A stretch of DNA of 64,000 nucleotides, taken from contig NC_083243.1 in assembly GCF_032191835.1 (NCBI RefSeq), positions 54,808,001 to 54,872,000 on the forward strand, in the 5' to 3' direction. This document shows positions 1 to 12,699 of this stretch, in pieces. Position numbers and translations under genes: made by a program. Origin of the DNA: Heteronotia binoei (lineage: Eukaryota). The notes below the pieces were generated by a model, which saw nothing but the letters and a program-made list of their open reading frames with translations, was not told the origin of the DNA and searched no databases. Position 1 is the stretch's first letter. Each line of letters starts with the position of its first letter.

Positions 1-145
1 AACGCAGTGTGGCCTAATATGCAAATGAGTTCCTACTGAGCTTTTTCTACAAAACCCCCCTGTGTGAAACAATTGTGATGTTAGGGGGTGTAGCCTAATA
101 TGCAAATGAGTTTCTGCTGTGGATTTTTCTACAAAAAAGGCCCTG
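1..145. mobile_element. Right end of a hAT-type MITE (CAGGG..TTTTGTAG family), cut by the window edge
   Basis: Ends ...CTACAAAAAAGGCCCTG, the reverse complement of the CAGGG..TTTTGTAG ends at 14609, 19743 and 58931; two internal repeats ~81 bp apart, each containing ATGCAAAT. Confidence 0.6.
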
Positions 146-1385
146 TATCTAGCTAACCATCAGAGAGCCAATCACCTACTACTACACAGAATCATCAGAT
201 AGTAATTGTGAAGGCTGGGGGAAATCCTTTGCTGATCATGTGCCATGTGTGGCCTGGATGAATATTATTGTGCTTACATCTGATATATTATATTTTTATT
301 TGAACTGTAAGCCTATTACACAATTGTCTGCTTTTTGAATTCATTGGTTAAGCAATTTGATTAAATTTAAAAGGATTTGCCTAGCATCAAAACTTCAATA
401 CTGTTTCTTTTGGTGAATTTTGAAAGAAAAGGGGAAACAATGTACAATTTACAGTACAACTCTAAGTAAACATTGTTAATACATGAAAGCTATAACTTGT
501 TCTAAAGATTGCACTTTTCTAATTTTTTATTAATTCCCTATTTATTCATTCCACAAAAAAACCTATCAAAAATAAACTTTAGTGATTAAAAATTGTAAAG
601 GTTATCAAGATTATCTAACTGGCCACTGTGCAAATAGAATGCTAGACTAGTCTGACCCAGCAGGGTTCTTCTTAAAACCAAAGCATACATGAGGACTGTG
701 CTTAGCTCTTGTTTATCTGTAGAAAAATGCCAGATGTAGACCAGAAGATGACTTTGGAAGAGACTGTGATAGAAAGAACGTTACCATACGTGCCTTTTCC
801 TAGCAGTACTGTAGTTCATTTATTCTGAATGTAGATTCTGCTCTGTGTTTGAATTCTTTCCAGCTAATTGGAAAGCCTTATAATTAATGAAAAGGAAAAT
901 GATCAACGCTTTATTCATACCAGTGCCAATTATTTCTAAAAGGCCACAAAAAGTGCTGTCACTTATGAAGTAAAGTACGGAGAATTAGATTAAACCCACA
1001 GGTGGGATATTTTAACAGAAGCTAGGATTCAGCTACTGAGATTCCTAATTTTCTGTTGTTGCCGCTAACAGTTTAGCTTGGAATGTTATGATTGTTTCTT
1101 CTGCTTTTGTCAACTGTTGAACATAATGGGAAGTTGATGAAGTAGCAGATGTATTTGGCACTCATATCTTGGAAATAAATCCAGTGATTTTCCTGTGGGT
1201 AAATTTCAGTAAAATGTTCCTAAGAACTACAATCTCATTCCTACTCAACATGTTATAGGGGCTTAAAGTTGGATGACTGAATTAGTAGTATTTTTCATTA
1301 CTATAAGACCAGTACTCTTCAGCCTTTTTAAGCCACTCTACTAGCCTCTCTACCAGCCACTCTAAGCCACTCTACCAGTCTCAGT

Positions 1386-2059
1386 TGGGGTGGGGGTGGG
1401 GGGGCTGGGCTCCCTCTGGGTGTCCTGCCCCCCCAGGGAAAGTGCATGCGCAATACATCGCCTCTCCTTTCCCGGTGTAGTGAACGCTGCGTGGTCACTG
1501 TCTGGCTATGCCTGGCAGATGGTCACTGCAATGGCTTCTCCTACATTACTGCATCCGTGGCAACACCTTCTCGCTGGTCCCCCCAGTTTTCACAGAGTTT
1601 GCCATGTCATGGTGCGACCGAATGTCCGGCGGTATAACCGGATGGGCAGGTTGGGCTCACCAACCTCGCCAGCCAAGAGAAGGAAAACTCTAACATCAAG
1701 CCCGGGCAGACAGAGCTTGTTAATGTAACATCTACCACCTGGAGGACTCGCTGCCAGCGTCCCGGCTTACTGGCCATGGCAGATGACCCCATGGTGAAAG
1801 GGTGGAGCCAGTACTGCGCACACTGCGCTTCACCTAAAAATTCCTCTGTGCAGGCCTGAAGGGTATCCACATCCACAACCCACAAAGAATCGTACTGCTA
1901 CAGCACCAACCCCAAATCAGACTTTTCCCTGCAGCCACTGTGGCCGGACCTGCCTGTCCCGCATTGGTCTTGTCAGCCACCAGCGAGCCTGCAGCAGCCG
2001 TGGACTACTGCGCCTTTCTTAAATCTTAGTTCGCAAAGTCAAGCCGAGAGAGCGAGAGA
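1386..2059 (+). mobile_element. Short non-autonomous RTE-tailed retroelement (probable internally deleted RTE LINE or RTE-mobilised SINE)
   Basis: 1885-2053 matches the 3' end of the RTE at 63076-63243 (~10 mismatches in ~168 bp); flanked by ACCAGTCTCAGT (1374-1385) and ACCAGCCTCAGT (2060-2071), a 12-bp TSD with 1 mismatch. Confidence 0.8.
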
Positions 2060-3133
2060 ACCAGCCTCAGTGTAGACCACAGTATACCATACCCTAAACC
2101 TATATTAAGTAATAACACCTCTGGATGATACTGCAGTCTATGATCTGTGGTCACAAAAATATGATTCCCAACTTGATGCACATGACCAGCAAAAATGAAT
2201 GCAGTTAGTATGAGTGCCATATAACTTCCAACGATGTGGTTTGTTTGGATGATGAATATGTGCAAATCTGGCAGGAGTCAGATACCATTGTGTTATAAGT
2301 TTAAAGTATTGGATGCATATATTGATCACTTTGCTTTTGTAAACATAAGAATGTCAAAACTTTTTTGCCAGTGCTTTTCCATGAGATTGCAACCACAATC
2401 TGTCTGTCATTGAGTTTGATAAGAAAAGATCTTAGGTCTCTCCAACTGCAACAAGAAATCATATAGTAGCATTATAAGTCCTGTAAAGGAAGATGGACCC
2501 TTTCTCAGTAAGCCTTCAAAAGGTGTAAGAGGCCTCATGAGAGATTGCTTCACAATAGGCATACTAAATAAATGCTGCAGTTGCAGATACTACCATGGTG
2601 AAATGTATTCTGTGCTATGACTTCCTGCTTACTGATATCACACAGCCTAGTCAATTTTGCCAGCCTCCATAATTTATATTCACCAGACTGTAATCCCAAT
2701 CCCAGCGTTGACATAAAAAGATGAAAGTGGAGAAATATATGCAGAATGAATTTGAAAGATAGCCTCTTGCTTGGAATCTGAATATTTTCCCCACCTCATA
2801 AATTGCTGCCCAAGACCCACCTAGAAAGATCCTGAATGCTAAAATGATGTCATATAGAGGAGGGGGAGATGTTAAAATAATTCACTGTGAATGTCAAATA
2901 TACTAAGTACACCACAGGAACTGTGTACTTTATGCAATGCAAGTTAGGTAAGGAATTCAAAAGTTTTTTTGGGGAGTCAATAAGACAGACCACTCAAATG
3001 TGGGAAAAGAGGCAACAAATGAGTGCTAAGACATGTAACCAGAGACAGCACTCAGCTGTAGTGTGATAGGCAAGGAATGTACTTTAACAGGGGTTTCACA
3101 GTCTCCTTGAGGCTGCTGCTGCAACACTTCATC

Positions 3134-3966
3134 AAGGCTTCCCAATCCCCAGATCCTTGGCGGGGATCCCTGGGTTTTACAGGCTTCCCCTCCCCCCCCC
3201 GTCCCCAGCCAGCTGGCTGGCGGGGGAAGACCCGCCCCCACAGCCACCATGTACCTCTAGCACTCTAGCAGGTTTAGAAACCTGCAAACAGGTCCTGTTT
3301 TAAAATGTGTGTTTCTGTTGTTTGTGTGCCTTTAAAGTTGAGCAGGAAGCAGAAACAGGAAGCACTTCATGGGGAAGGTCAGCTGCAGCTTTCATGTTTT
3401 ACTTTCATTTTCAGAGCAAGTAACCAGACCCAGTAGGTGTGTGTGAGAGAGAGAGGGAGGGTTGCCAATCCCCAGGTGTGGGCAGGGGATTCCCTGATCT
3501 GGAGGCCCTTCCCTGCTTTAGAAAGCTTTAGAAACCAGGGTGGGGGGAGGGAAATGTCTACTGGGCACTCTATTATTCCCTGTGGAGAACAATTCCCTTA
3601 GGAAATAATGGGAAATTGATCAGCGGGTGTCTGGGGCTCTGTGGGGGGGCTGCTCTTTGAGGTAGAGGGACCAAATTTGCAGCATAGCATCTGATGCCTT
3701 TCCTCAAAACACCCTCCAAATTTCAAAAGGATTGGACCAGGGGGCGCAATTCTATGAGCCCCCAAAGAAGGTGCCCCTATCCTTCATTATTTCTAATGGA
3801 GCGAAGGCATTGAAAAGGTGTGCAGTCCCTTTCTATGTGATGGCCAGAACTTCCTTTGGGGTTCAATTATACGTGTTCCAACCTTGCTCATGGCCCCACC
3901 CCCAAAGTCTCCTGGCTCCACCCTCAAAGTCCCCAGATATTTTTTGAATTGGACTTGGCAACCCTA
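3134..3966. mobile_element. Composite hAT MITE: AGGCTTCCCAA end + unique interior + standard TAGGGTTGCC MITE (3457-3966)
   Basis: 3457-3966 is homologous to 13741-14247 and 21279-21773; 3134 resembles the TAGGCTTCCCAA end at 51431; outer flanks match only 5/8. Confidence 0.65.
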
Positions 3967-4337
3967 ACTGTAGCACATGTGCAACCCCTCCAAACAAATA
4001 GAAAAAAAGCAGAAAATGAATCCTCAATGTGAATGTGATGAGATGGAACTGTGATAGGGGAAAACAACAACAAAAAACCCACCATGGAAATATGAACTCA
4101 TCAGAACCACCATAACACTCCCAAAACCCCCAAAATGCAGCTGCAGTCTTGAAAATGCCAAAAGGAATTCTCTCCCTTATATTCCTAATCAAACTTTTTT
4201 CTATCTTGAATTTTCTTGAAGATTCTAGCATAGATATTTGTACCATGTTTTCTCCCTAATGTGGACCAAAATGGCTAACAGCATTGTTTTCATCTCCTCC
4301 CCTTTATCCTAACAACAACAACTTGTTAGTTGGTTAG

Positions 4338-4637
4338 TGTTAAATAGTGAATTCAGTCAGCTCTCATTCAACACAACTCTTTATTAGCAAGAACAGTCAC
4401 AAGAAAACACAAGCAACATGGTAAACTATATACAGTCTGGGAAGGTTTAACCACGCCCCACTGACAGGCACCAGCCAATCTCATTCTGCTCTCCAGGATC
4501 CTTCATTTGCATTTCCTGGAGAAATGCCTTGGGTCCCAATTGGCTGGTTCCAAGAGATGTCCAATCATAATTCAGGCATTCAGATTCTGGAGAGCAATGG
4601 GTGCCTGCCTCAAGCTCAGACAAAACATTTCTTAACG
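4338..4637 (-). mobile_element. Possible solo LTR
   Basis: TGTTAA...TTAACG termini; on the minus strand CCAAT boxes, octamer and GC box, then TATATA, then AATAAA, in LTR-like order; no TSD found. Confidence 0.3.
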
Positions 4638-6391
4638 GCACTCAATATATAACAGGCTGAAAGGGAGTGAGTGGTTCAAGGTCCTCCACTGAACTTCTCT
4701 GAGAGAGTGGGGACTTGACTTGGGTCTCTCAGATCCTAGTCCTACACTCTATTACAAGATTTTGTTATTGTAAGTTTCTGGAATCTTTTGCTGAGGATGC
4801 AACACTTATTTCCCATTTTGAGAGACCCAAATCTACATATCAATTTCTGTCTTTCCTGGCCAGCTAGGTTCCTGATGATATGCAACAGACTGTCAAATGT
4901 GTGCAAATATTAAAATAAGTACACTACCGCTTTACTTTAAGTGTGGATCAGAGAAACTACATTTGGAGAAGGAAATTCAAGTTACTGGTAAAACCTGTAT
5001 CTATCTTTTGTTGCAAATTTTCCAAGGTTACAAGCTTGGCAGGTGAGTATTAAAGAAAGAAGACTGCTTCTATTTCCAGCAATTTCAGGCAGCTACTTGA
5101 TGAAATGAAGGAGATACATGGAGTGGGTGCGCAGAGTGGGAGAAAACAGTGCTGCCAGCTATCACAGCTTAGCTGTCTCAGATATATATCTTGAGTGTGG
5201 CCAGGAGGCATGATCCCTTTGGAGGAGGCCTGTGACCTTGGACAACTGGCAAGTTAGATTCTGGTCTGATTCCAAGATACTGTTTATTCTACTTGTCTTT
5301 TTGGGGGGTATATTTAAATTGTATTTTTGTTGCTTTTAAAATAATTGTCTAGAAAGGAGTAGGAAGTTGACAGCCATTTGTTGAACATGGCTTAATCAAG
5401 GCATTTTGGGGTAAGAGAACATCTTCAGGTGACAAAGCCTCCTTCCTCATTCAATTGTTATGAAGTCTTCTAGTGAAATAATCTAATTGATGGATACTCT
5501 GTACCTAATGTAACTAATGTAATTGTTTACCTAAGGGTCTAAAGAAATTTGCTAATGTGCAGTTATGATTGTATTGTTATGCTAAGTAGTTTAATTAGAT
5601 TTGTCGCAGTGGAGATGCACAGCATATCCTCCTGCATATAACAAATCTATTTATGTGGGATTTGTCCTCATAAATGAACAATTTAATTTTCAATGGCAAA
5701 TGTGGTGTTTTAATGAGAGGCCATCTAGGCAGCAGTGAATAGGCATGGTTACATCATTATGATTTGTCAGGCATAAAATTTACCATGAAGTAACAAAATC
5801 CTTCCCCCCTAAAAAGGTTAAAGACTGCCTGAAGCTGAGCTTTTAAAAATATTATACCTTTGAATTATTTAAGGCCAATTTTACATGTTTAATTACTCCA
5901 GTTGATGAAAAAAAGAACCAAATTATGTGGTAGATGTAGGGTGGGATCCAATGCAGTGTTTCCATGGGTGTGAGATCACCTCTGAATGCCTCTTGCCTTG
6001 AAAACCCTGTGGGGGTCACCATATGCTGGCTATAACTTGACAGCACTTTCTACCACCACCAAGGTCTTCTGCTTATGGATCATGACTTTCTTCTGCCCAC
6101 AGAACATGACTTGCTGCCAAGGGAGGGAGGAAACTGAGTGATTCATGTCCCATGGATGGAAGTCCTTGTACCTGTGCAGATATGTTGGAACCAGCCCATA
6201 CTCTCCCTCCTCAAGACAATTACACATTTTAAATAGCTATAATTTGCGAATTTCTCCATTTTAAATGTATTCTAACAATAATCTGAACTCTGTGAATATG
6301 TTCCCACCTACATAAGAACATAAGAGAAGCCATGTTGGATCAGGCCAATGGCCCATCCAGTCAAACACTCTGTATCACAGTGGCCAAAATT

Positions 6392-6396
<5 letters not shown>

Positions 6397-6454
<58 letters not shown>

Positions 6455-6457
6455 CAC
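6397..6457. repeat. Compound (TA)n(CA)n(TA)n microsatellite in the CR1 3'UTR
   Basis: Direct reading. Confidence 0.95.
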
Positions 6458-6464
6458 ACTGTGG

Positions 6465-7556
6465 CTAATAGCCACTGATGGACCTCTGCTCCATATTTTT
6501 ATCTAACCCTCTCTTGAAGCTGGCTATGCTTGTAGCTGCCACCACCTCCTGTGGCAGTGAATTCCACATGTTAATCACCCTTTGGGTGAAGTACTTCCTT
6601 TTATCTGTTCTAACCCGACTGCTCAGCAATTTCATTGAATGCCCACGAGTTCTTGTATTGTGAGAAAGGGAGAAAAGGACTTTTTTCTCAACCTTCTCCA
6701 TCCCATGCATAATCTTGTAAACCTCTATCATGTCACCCCGCAGTCGACGTTTCTCCAAGCTAAAGAGCCCCAAGCGTTTTAACCTTTCTTCATAGGGAAA
6801 GTGTTCCAAACCTGTAATCATTCTGGTTGCCTTTTTATGCACTTTTTCCAGTGCTATAATATCCTTTTTGAGGTGTGGTGACCAGAATTGCACACAGTAT
6901 TCCAAATGAGAGCGCACCATTGATTTATACAGGGGCATTATGATACTGGCTGATTTGTTTTCAATTCCCTTCCTAATAATTCCCAGCATGGCGTTGACCT
7001 TTTTTATTGCAATTGCACACTGTCTTGACATTTTGAGTGAGTTATCTACCACGACCCCAAGATCTCTCTCTTGGTCAGTCTCTGCCAGTTCACACCCCAT
7101 CAACTTGTATTTGCAGCTGGGATTCCTGGCCCCAATGTGCATTACTTTGCACTTGGCCACATTGAACCTCATCTGCCACGTTGACGCCCACTCACCCAGC
7201 CTCAACAGATCCCTTTGGAGTTCCTCACAATCCTCTCTGGTTCTTACCACCCTGATCAATTTAGTGTCATCCGCAAACTTGGCCACTTTACTGCTTACTC
7301 TCAACTCCAAATCATTTATGAACAAGTTAAAGAGCATGGGACCCAGTACTGAGCCCTGCGGCACTCCACTGCTTACCATCCTCCACTGAGAGGACTGCCC
7401 ATTTATACTCACTCTCTGCTTCCTATTAATTAGCCAGTTTTTGATCCACCAGAGAACTTGTCCTTTTACTCCATGACTCTCGAGCTCACTAAGGAGCCTT
7501 TGATGAGGAACTTTATCAAAAGCTTTCTGGAAGTCAAGGTAAACAATATATATCGG
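6465..7556 (-). pseudogene. CR1 ORF2 reverse transcriptase, C-terminal ~360 aa, uninterrupted but 5'-truncated
   Basis: Motifs YLDFQKAFDKVPH, SGVPQGSVLGP, FADD, HLEYCVQFWSP, LEKRRLRGDMI. Confidence 0.95.
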
Positions 7557-7724
7557 GTGATTCATGTCCCATGGACATGTCCCTACGTTTTCTTAGCTGT
7601 GTCTGAGAACTATCTAAGAGAGCTTTCATTGTCTTTTGCTTTTCCTAGTATTCAGCAAACAATGCATTGACAGTCTGAGTTTTCCCATCTTTACACAGGT
7701 AGATTGCTTTGGATTCTGAATCAC

Positions 7725-7860
7725 TGCCTAGCTGCTGTGGTAAATTGGCCAAGAGTGAGCAAATTGAAACTAAGCCCAGGAAAGACAGATATGGGAAGGC
7801 GAAGATCTTGGAGGACATTGTTCTCCCTTCTTTTGATAGAGTTCAGCTGATCCTTGCTAA
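7725..7860 (+). mobile_element. Old L2 RT remnant
   Basis: TTGAAACTAAGCCCAGGAAAGACAGA resembles LKLNPxKTE, followed by an LP.FD.VQL-like segment, as in the L2 at 10120-10230. Confidence 0.45.
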
Positions 7861-8119
7861 CTCAGGCTGTGATGAGATGGGCTATTTGACCAGATTTTGT
7901 TGCTGCTCCCTTACTAATTAAAAATGATCATTTATACAGTGACATCTGTCTCCTGTTCTGCAGTTGCTGGCGGCCTGTACTCATAGCTGACTTTCACAAT
8001 AACAGAAAAAAACCACTTTTATAAATGGAACAGGTCTCACTGAGCAATTTCTGATGTCTGAACTTTCTCTTGTGAAATCAAGCCATTTGGGAAGGTAGAG
8101 AGCACACTTGTTCTGGCAC

Positions 8120-8303
8120 CAATACTCCCTCTAAGCAGTGGAGTCTTGCGAGCAAAAATTCTACTTCATGAGCTACTGGCGTTGAAGTTGTGAACTACTG
8201 CATAAATTTGTTTTCTCTGGAGCCATTTTTCCTGAGCTAAGACGAGTTGGAGGCTAAACAACTGTGAGCTAGCTCACGCTAACTCAGCTTAGAAGGAACA
8301 CTG
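8120..8303. mobile_element. MITE, CAGTGTTCCCTCTAAG family (copy 1)
   Basis: Degenerate TIRs; flanks TCTGGCAC/GTTGGCAC (6/8); homologous to 38529-38734 and 57329-57521 in the opposite orientation. Confidence 0.75.
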
Positions 8304-9399
8304 GTTGGCACCATTGTAAAAATTCACGTAGCAATGTGCATTTAAGCAGATCTTCACCCTATGTGTTTCTCTTTTATAAACCTTCCAAAGAAAGAGGCCT
8401 ATGTATTTCAGCTATTTTCTGCCTACAGCTTTGTGACACATGTGGCTGGGAAATGGGTTAATTGAAAAGATGAGGATTTTTTTTCAGAGAGCGAGTGGGG
8501 GAGAGAAGCAGTCTGAGAATGATGCTGTGACTTCAACTTCACTCCAAGCTTTTAAATAAAAATGTCAGCACACAGGACACAGGATGAGACTTCTCTATAC
8601 TCTCCCTTTGATTTTGAAACTTTTGTAACATTTAATTTTTGAAAAGCACAGTTTAAAAAACGCTTCCCTCACAGCTGCACTACAAATCCCAGCAGACTCC
8701 TCCTGCAATCCCATTGGCTACCAGCTGCTAGGAATTTGAAATGATACTTCCCATCAGGGCATTTTTTCTGGAAAATGAGGTGCAGGAAATCTCAGGTGGG
8801 AAATGAAGGAGAAACACACAGGTGCCCCTCATGAACTTTTAAACTTTTTTTTGGAGAATTTTGTTTCCATGAAGAGTTCTGGAATTCCACAGTGTTCCCC
8901 CAGAAAAAAACCCTGCTTCCCATAAACACTTATAAGTATGATCAAAGGACAAAGAATCAAGAAAAACTCCGACTCCATGGCTGCTGTCTGATTGGTCTTT
9001 CATGGGATGTGTGGGGTGAAGCAGGTTAAGGATGGGATGTCTGATCAAATTTCTCGATTACAAAAAATAATGGGGAAATTAGAGGTGGGGCCAGATTGTG
9101 CTAACCCTGCCATGTGACCACAGCCTCAGTTAAGAGCCAATGTTATTACTGGAGAAGCAAATTAATGCAGCTGCAAAAAAAAAAGGCTTTTTTCCAATTC
9201 AGCCTAGCCCCAAAGAGGGCCCCTTACCTTGATATGGTTGATCTGGCCACCTGGATCCATGCCTCAGTAACATCAAGACTAGACTAGACTAGACTACTGT
9301 AGTGAACTATACATTAATCTCTCCTCAAAATAAATCTGGAAACTCCAGTAGGTGCAGAATGCTGTGACTCGGCTGTTACTGAGAACTAGATGGAGCATG

Positions 9400-9642
9400 T
9401 GTATTAATCCTATTCTGCAGGCGTTTCACTGGCTGCCTACCAGTTACTACCTGGCTGCCTAACATACAATACCCTCCATGGTCTTGGACCCTCATATCTG
9501 CTAGACCACCTCTGCCCATATGCTCCACCACAATGGCTTAACTCATGTAAGCAAGGGCTTTTGTGGATGCCAACTTGCAAATGCCAACAACTGCCTGTAT
9601 ATGCGCCTTATGAGGTTAGAAAGGCTCCCACTCTCCTGGCTT
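9400..9642 (+). mobile_element. Old L2 3' fragment, 5' part (continues at 11089-11140)
   Basis: Translates HWLP..., LHGLGPSYLLDHLCPYAP, EVRKAPTLLA; resumes FCKPCKMELK after the young L2. Confidence 0.75.
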
Positions 9643-10869
9643 GCCCGGGTTATGGGACGGAGACAGTACTGGTCGCCTTGGTAGACGATCTCCAACGGCA
9701 TCTGGATCGGGGCGGTGTGGCGGTGCTGATGTTGCTGGACCTGTCGGCCGCGTTCGACACGGTCGACCATTGGCTACTGACCCGCCGCCTCGCCGATGTA
9801 GGGGTGAGGGGGTCTGCCTTACAATGGCTTTCCTCCTTCCTCGAGGATCAGGGACAAAGGGTGGCAATTGGGGGGTGAGCGGTCCCGGAGGCGCACACTG
9901 GACTGTGGAGTGCCTCAGGGGGCAGTTCTCTCACCAATGTTATTTAATATCTATATGCGCCCCCTTGCCCAGATTGCCAGGAGACATGGACTTGGGTGCC
10001 ATCAATATGCAGATGACACCCAACTCTATCTGCTAATGGCCGGCCGGCCTGACTGCATCCCAGAGAATTTAGACCGGGCCTTGCAGGATATGGCAACTTG
10101 GTTGAGGAGGAGCGGGCTGAAACTGAATCCAGCGAAGACAGAAGTCCTTTGTCTGGGTCGGGGCGCTCGGGAAGGGGAAATACCTCTCCCAGTCTTCGAC
10201 GGGGCACCGTTGAAAGCGGCGCACCGGGTTAGGAGCCTGGGAGTTTTACTGGAGCCTTCATTATCAATGGAGGCCCAGATTGCAGCCACTGCCAAGTCAG
10301 CCTTTTTCCATCTAAGACGGGCAAAGCAGTTGGCTCCCTTCCTAGAGCGCCAAGATCTGGCAACGGTGCTTCATGCAACGGTCACCTCGAGACTGGATTA
10401 CTGTAATGCCCTCTACATGGGGCTGCCTCTGTACCGAACCCGGAAGCTGCAGCTGGCGCAGAATGCAGCAGCTAGACTGTTGTTGGGGCTTCCTAAATGG
10501 GAGCACATACAGCCTGGACTGCGCGAACTGCACTGGCTGCCAGTTATATACCGGGTTCGTTACAAAGTGCTGGTCATTACCTTTAAAGCCCTATATGGTC
10601 GAGGACCCGTCTACCTTAGGGACCATCTCTCCCCATATGAACCCCAGAGAGCACTGAGGTCAGCCGGGAAAAACTTGTTGACTATTCCCGGACCGAGAGA
10701 GGTGAAGCTGCAAACTACCCGTAACCGGGCCTTCTCCTCTATAGCCCCGAGCCTATGGAACCAACTTCCAGAGGAAATGCGGGCCCTGCGGGACCTTGAA
10801 CAGTTCCGCAGGGCCTGCAAGACCTTCCTCTTCCGACTGGCTTTCGCTGATGAAAAAGGAAACTGCTAA
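9643..10869 (+). pseudogene. L2 ORF2 reverse transcriptase fragment with one frameshift near 9870-9877 (G run)
   Basis: LLDLSAAFDTVDH, GVPQGAVLSP, YADDTQLY, LKLNPAKTE, SRLDYCN, LHWLPV motifs across ORFs 9561-9878 and 9868-10869. Confidence 0.93.
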
Positions 10870-11088
10870 GGAAAACCGCCATCATAAAAAGCAAACATAG
10901 CATTAGCACTTTTACTAATTTATTTTAAGTTTTAAAACCTAATCAGAATTTTAATTAAAATGTTTATAATGTTTAAATGTAATTTTATTTATTTCTGTAT
11001 AACTATGACTTGAATTATGCTGTTAGCCGCCCTGAGCCTGCCCCGGCGGGGAGGGCGGGATACAAATAAAATTTTGTTGTTGTTGTTG
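9643..11088 (+). mobile_element. Young 5'-truncated L2 LINE
   Basis: RT ORF, AT-rich 3'UTR, GTTAGCCGCCCTGAG...GAGGGCGGGAT terminal hairpin, (TTG)n tail; TGGCTT duplicated at 9637-9642 and 11089-11094. Confidence 0.93.
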
Positions 11089-11934
11089 TGGCTTTCTGCA
11101 AACCATGCAAAATGGAATTAAAGATGGTTTTTCTATGCAGGCAATCGAGTCACACTGTACTATTTGAAGCCACTGGGAGAGGTTATCAGGAGATATGGGC
11201 TGCAGTATCACTAATCTGCAGATTATATCCAGCTCTACCTTTCCCCCATCTAATTCTGAGAATGCTGTAACTTGTCTGACTAAGTGCTTGGAGTCAGTAA
11301 TGGGCTGGATAAAAGTGAACAAACTGAAAATCCTGGGTTAGTACTAGTAGAAAGGCAGACCAGGAACTAGAGGCGTTTCCTGTCTTGGATGGAGTTATAC
11401 TCCCCCTGAAAAGCCAGGTTCGCAGGCTGGGAGGGTTGCTTAACACAGTAGTCACCTTTGAAAAATTCCAGAAACTATGATGACTCAAAGTGCTTTCACT
11501 TATCTTCAGCAAGTCCATTGACTGTGCCCATTCCTGGTTCAATCCTAAACATATGAGTGTCTGTAAATGGGGGAGAGGTGAATCTAAATTAACTGGTATG
11601 AAGGCTGAAAGTAATCGATTGTGATCTGTGTTACAGTTAATAAACTTCATCCTCCCATAAATTTAGGGTTTCCAGGTCCCCTCGCCTGTCTGATGGGGGG
11701 ATTTTGAGGGCATTCTGGGGGTGGGCAGGGACATCTCATGGTTCCCTGACACAATGACATCACCCAGAAGTGATGTCATCGTGTTGGGGACGTCGCGTAG
11801 AGACGTAGAGAGACAGGCCAGGTCAAACCATCTGGATAACCATCGCCTTATATTTCAGAATTAAATACTCCTCAAGCAATTTAGATTTTATTTGCATCTT
11901 TAGTGTTCCTCCCTGAAACATCAAAACATTTAAA

Positions 11935-12090
11935 ACCAGTGTTGTGTCATGCTTAGATTGTCCAGCTAGGTTCTGTGGGATCCAGGTTCAAATCTCCACT
12001 CTGCCATGGAAGCTTGCTTGGGTGACCTTGCATAGTCACACACGCTCATCCCACAGGGTTGGTATAAAAATTAAATGGAGAAGAGACCCA
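11935..12090 (+). mobile_element. Older tRNA-derived (Squam3/MIR-like) SINE
   Basis: Degenerate A/B boxes (GGTTCAAATCTC) and CCATGGAAGCTTGCTTGGGTGACCTTG core. Confidence 0.6.
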
Positions 12091-12092
12091 TG

Positions 12093-12368
12093 GAGGAGAA
12101 GATTGGATTTATATCCTGCCCTTCACTGAGAGTCTCAGAATGGTTTACAATCTCCTTTCTCTTCCGCCCTCCCCCCACCACAACAGACACCCTGTGAGGT
12201 GGGTGGGGCTGAGAGGCTCTCACAGCAGCTGCCCTTTCAAGGACAACCTCTACCAGAGCTGTGGCTGACCCAAGGCCATTCCAGCAGGTGCAAGTGGAGG
12301 AGTGGGGAATCAAATCCGGTTCTCCCAGGTAAGAGTCCGCTCACTTCACCACTACACCAAACTGACTC
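12093..12368 (-). mobile_element. Squam3-like tRNA SINE with L2-type tail
   Basis: Minus strand begins CAGTTTGGTGTAGTGG, B-box-like GGATTTGATTCCC; homologous to 26070-26340 and 48218-48492. Confidence 0.85.
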
Positions 12369-12699
12369 TCAAGTTTTTGAAAGAAGCTTTTTTGTTGCTG
12401 TAATTGTTAAATGTTTAAAGCACTTTATGTTTCTTAAATTATGACAGTTTCTCTGATTTTATTCACTTGTTTGACATATGCTGGTTGCTTGGGGTATGTG
12501 TGTGTGGATTTTTTTGTAATAGTTAAATGTTTAAATTAAAGCACTTTATATTTCTTAAAGCTTTTGGTTATTTTTGCACTGGAAGGAGACCTACATGCCT
12601 AAAAGTAATGTAAAATGGGGGAAAGGTGGGGGTGGGAAGTGATATATAACAGTGTTTGAATTTTGTAAAAATGGACATTGCTTCACAGGACAGGCAGGT

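Larger units (their letters stand above)
6310..7556 (-). mobile_element. 5'-truncated CR1 LINE
   Basis: CR1 RT C-terminal ORF, 3'UTR and (CTTATGTT)n-type tail at 6310-6325. Confidence 0.95.

Noticed and set aside
6940-7389. Antisense ORFs over the LINEs (also 61671-62105, 62647-62961, 39587-39772)
   Set aside because: Shadow frames of CR1/RTE reverse transcriptase sequence.
12404-12559. Short direct repeats (also 49922-49958, 52233-52283, 1331-1380)
   Set aside because: Ordinary small tandem duplications or slippage, with no regular spacer structure, so not CRISPR-like.
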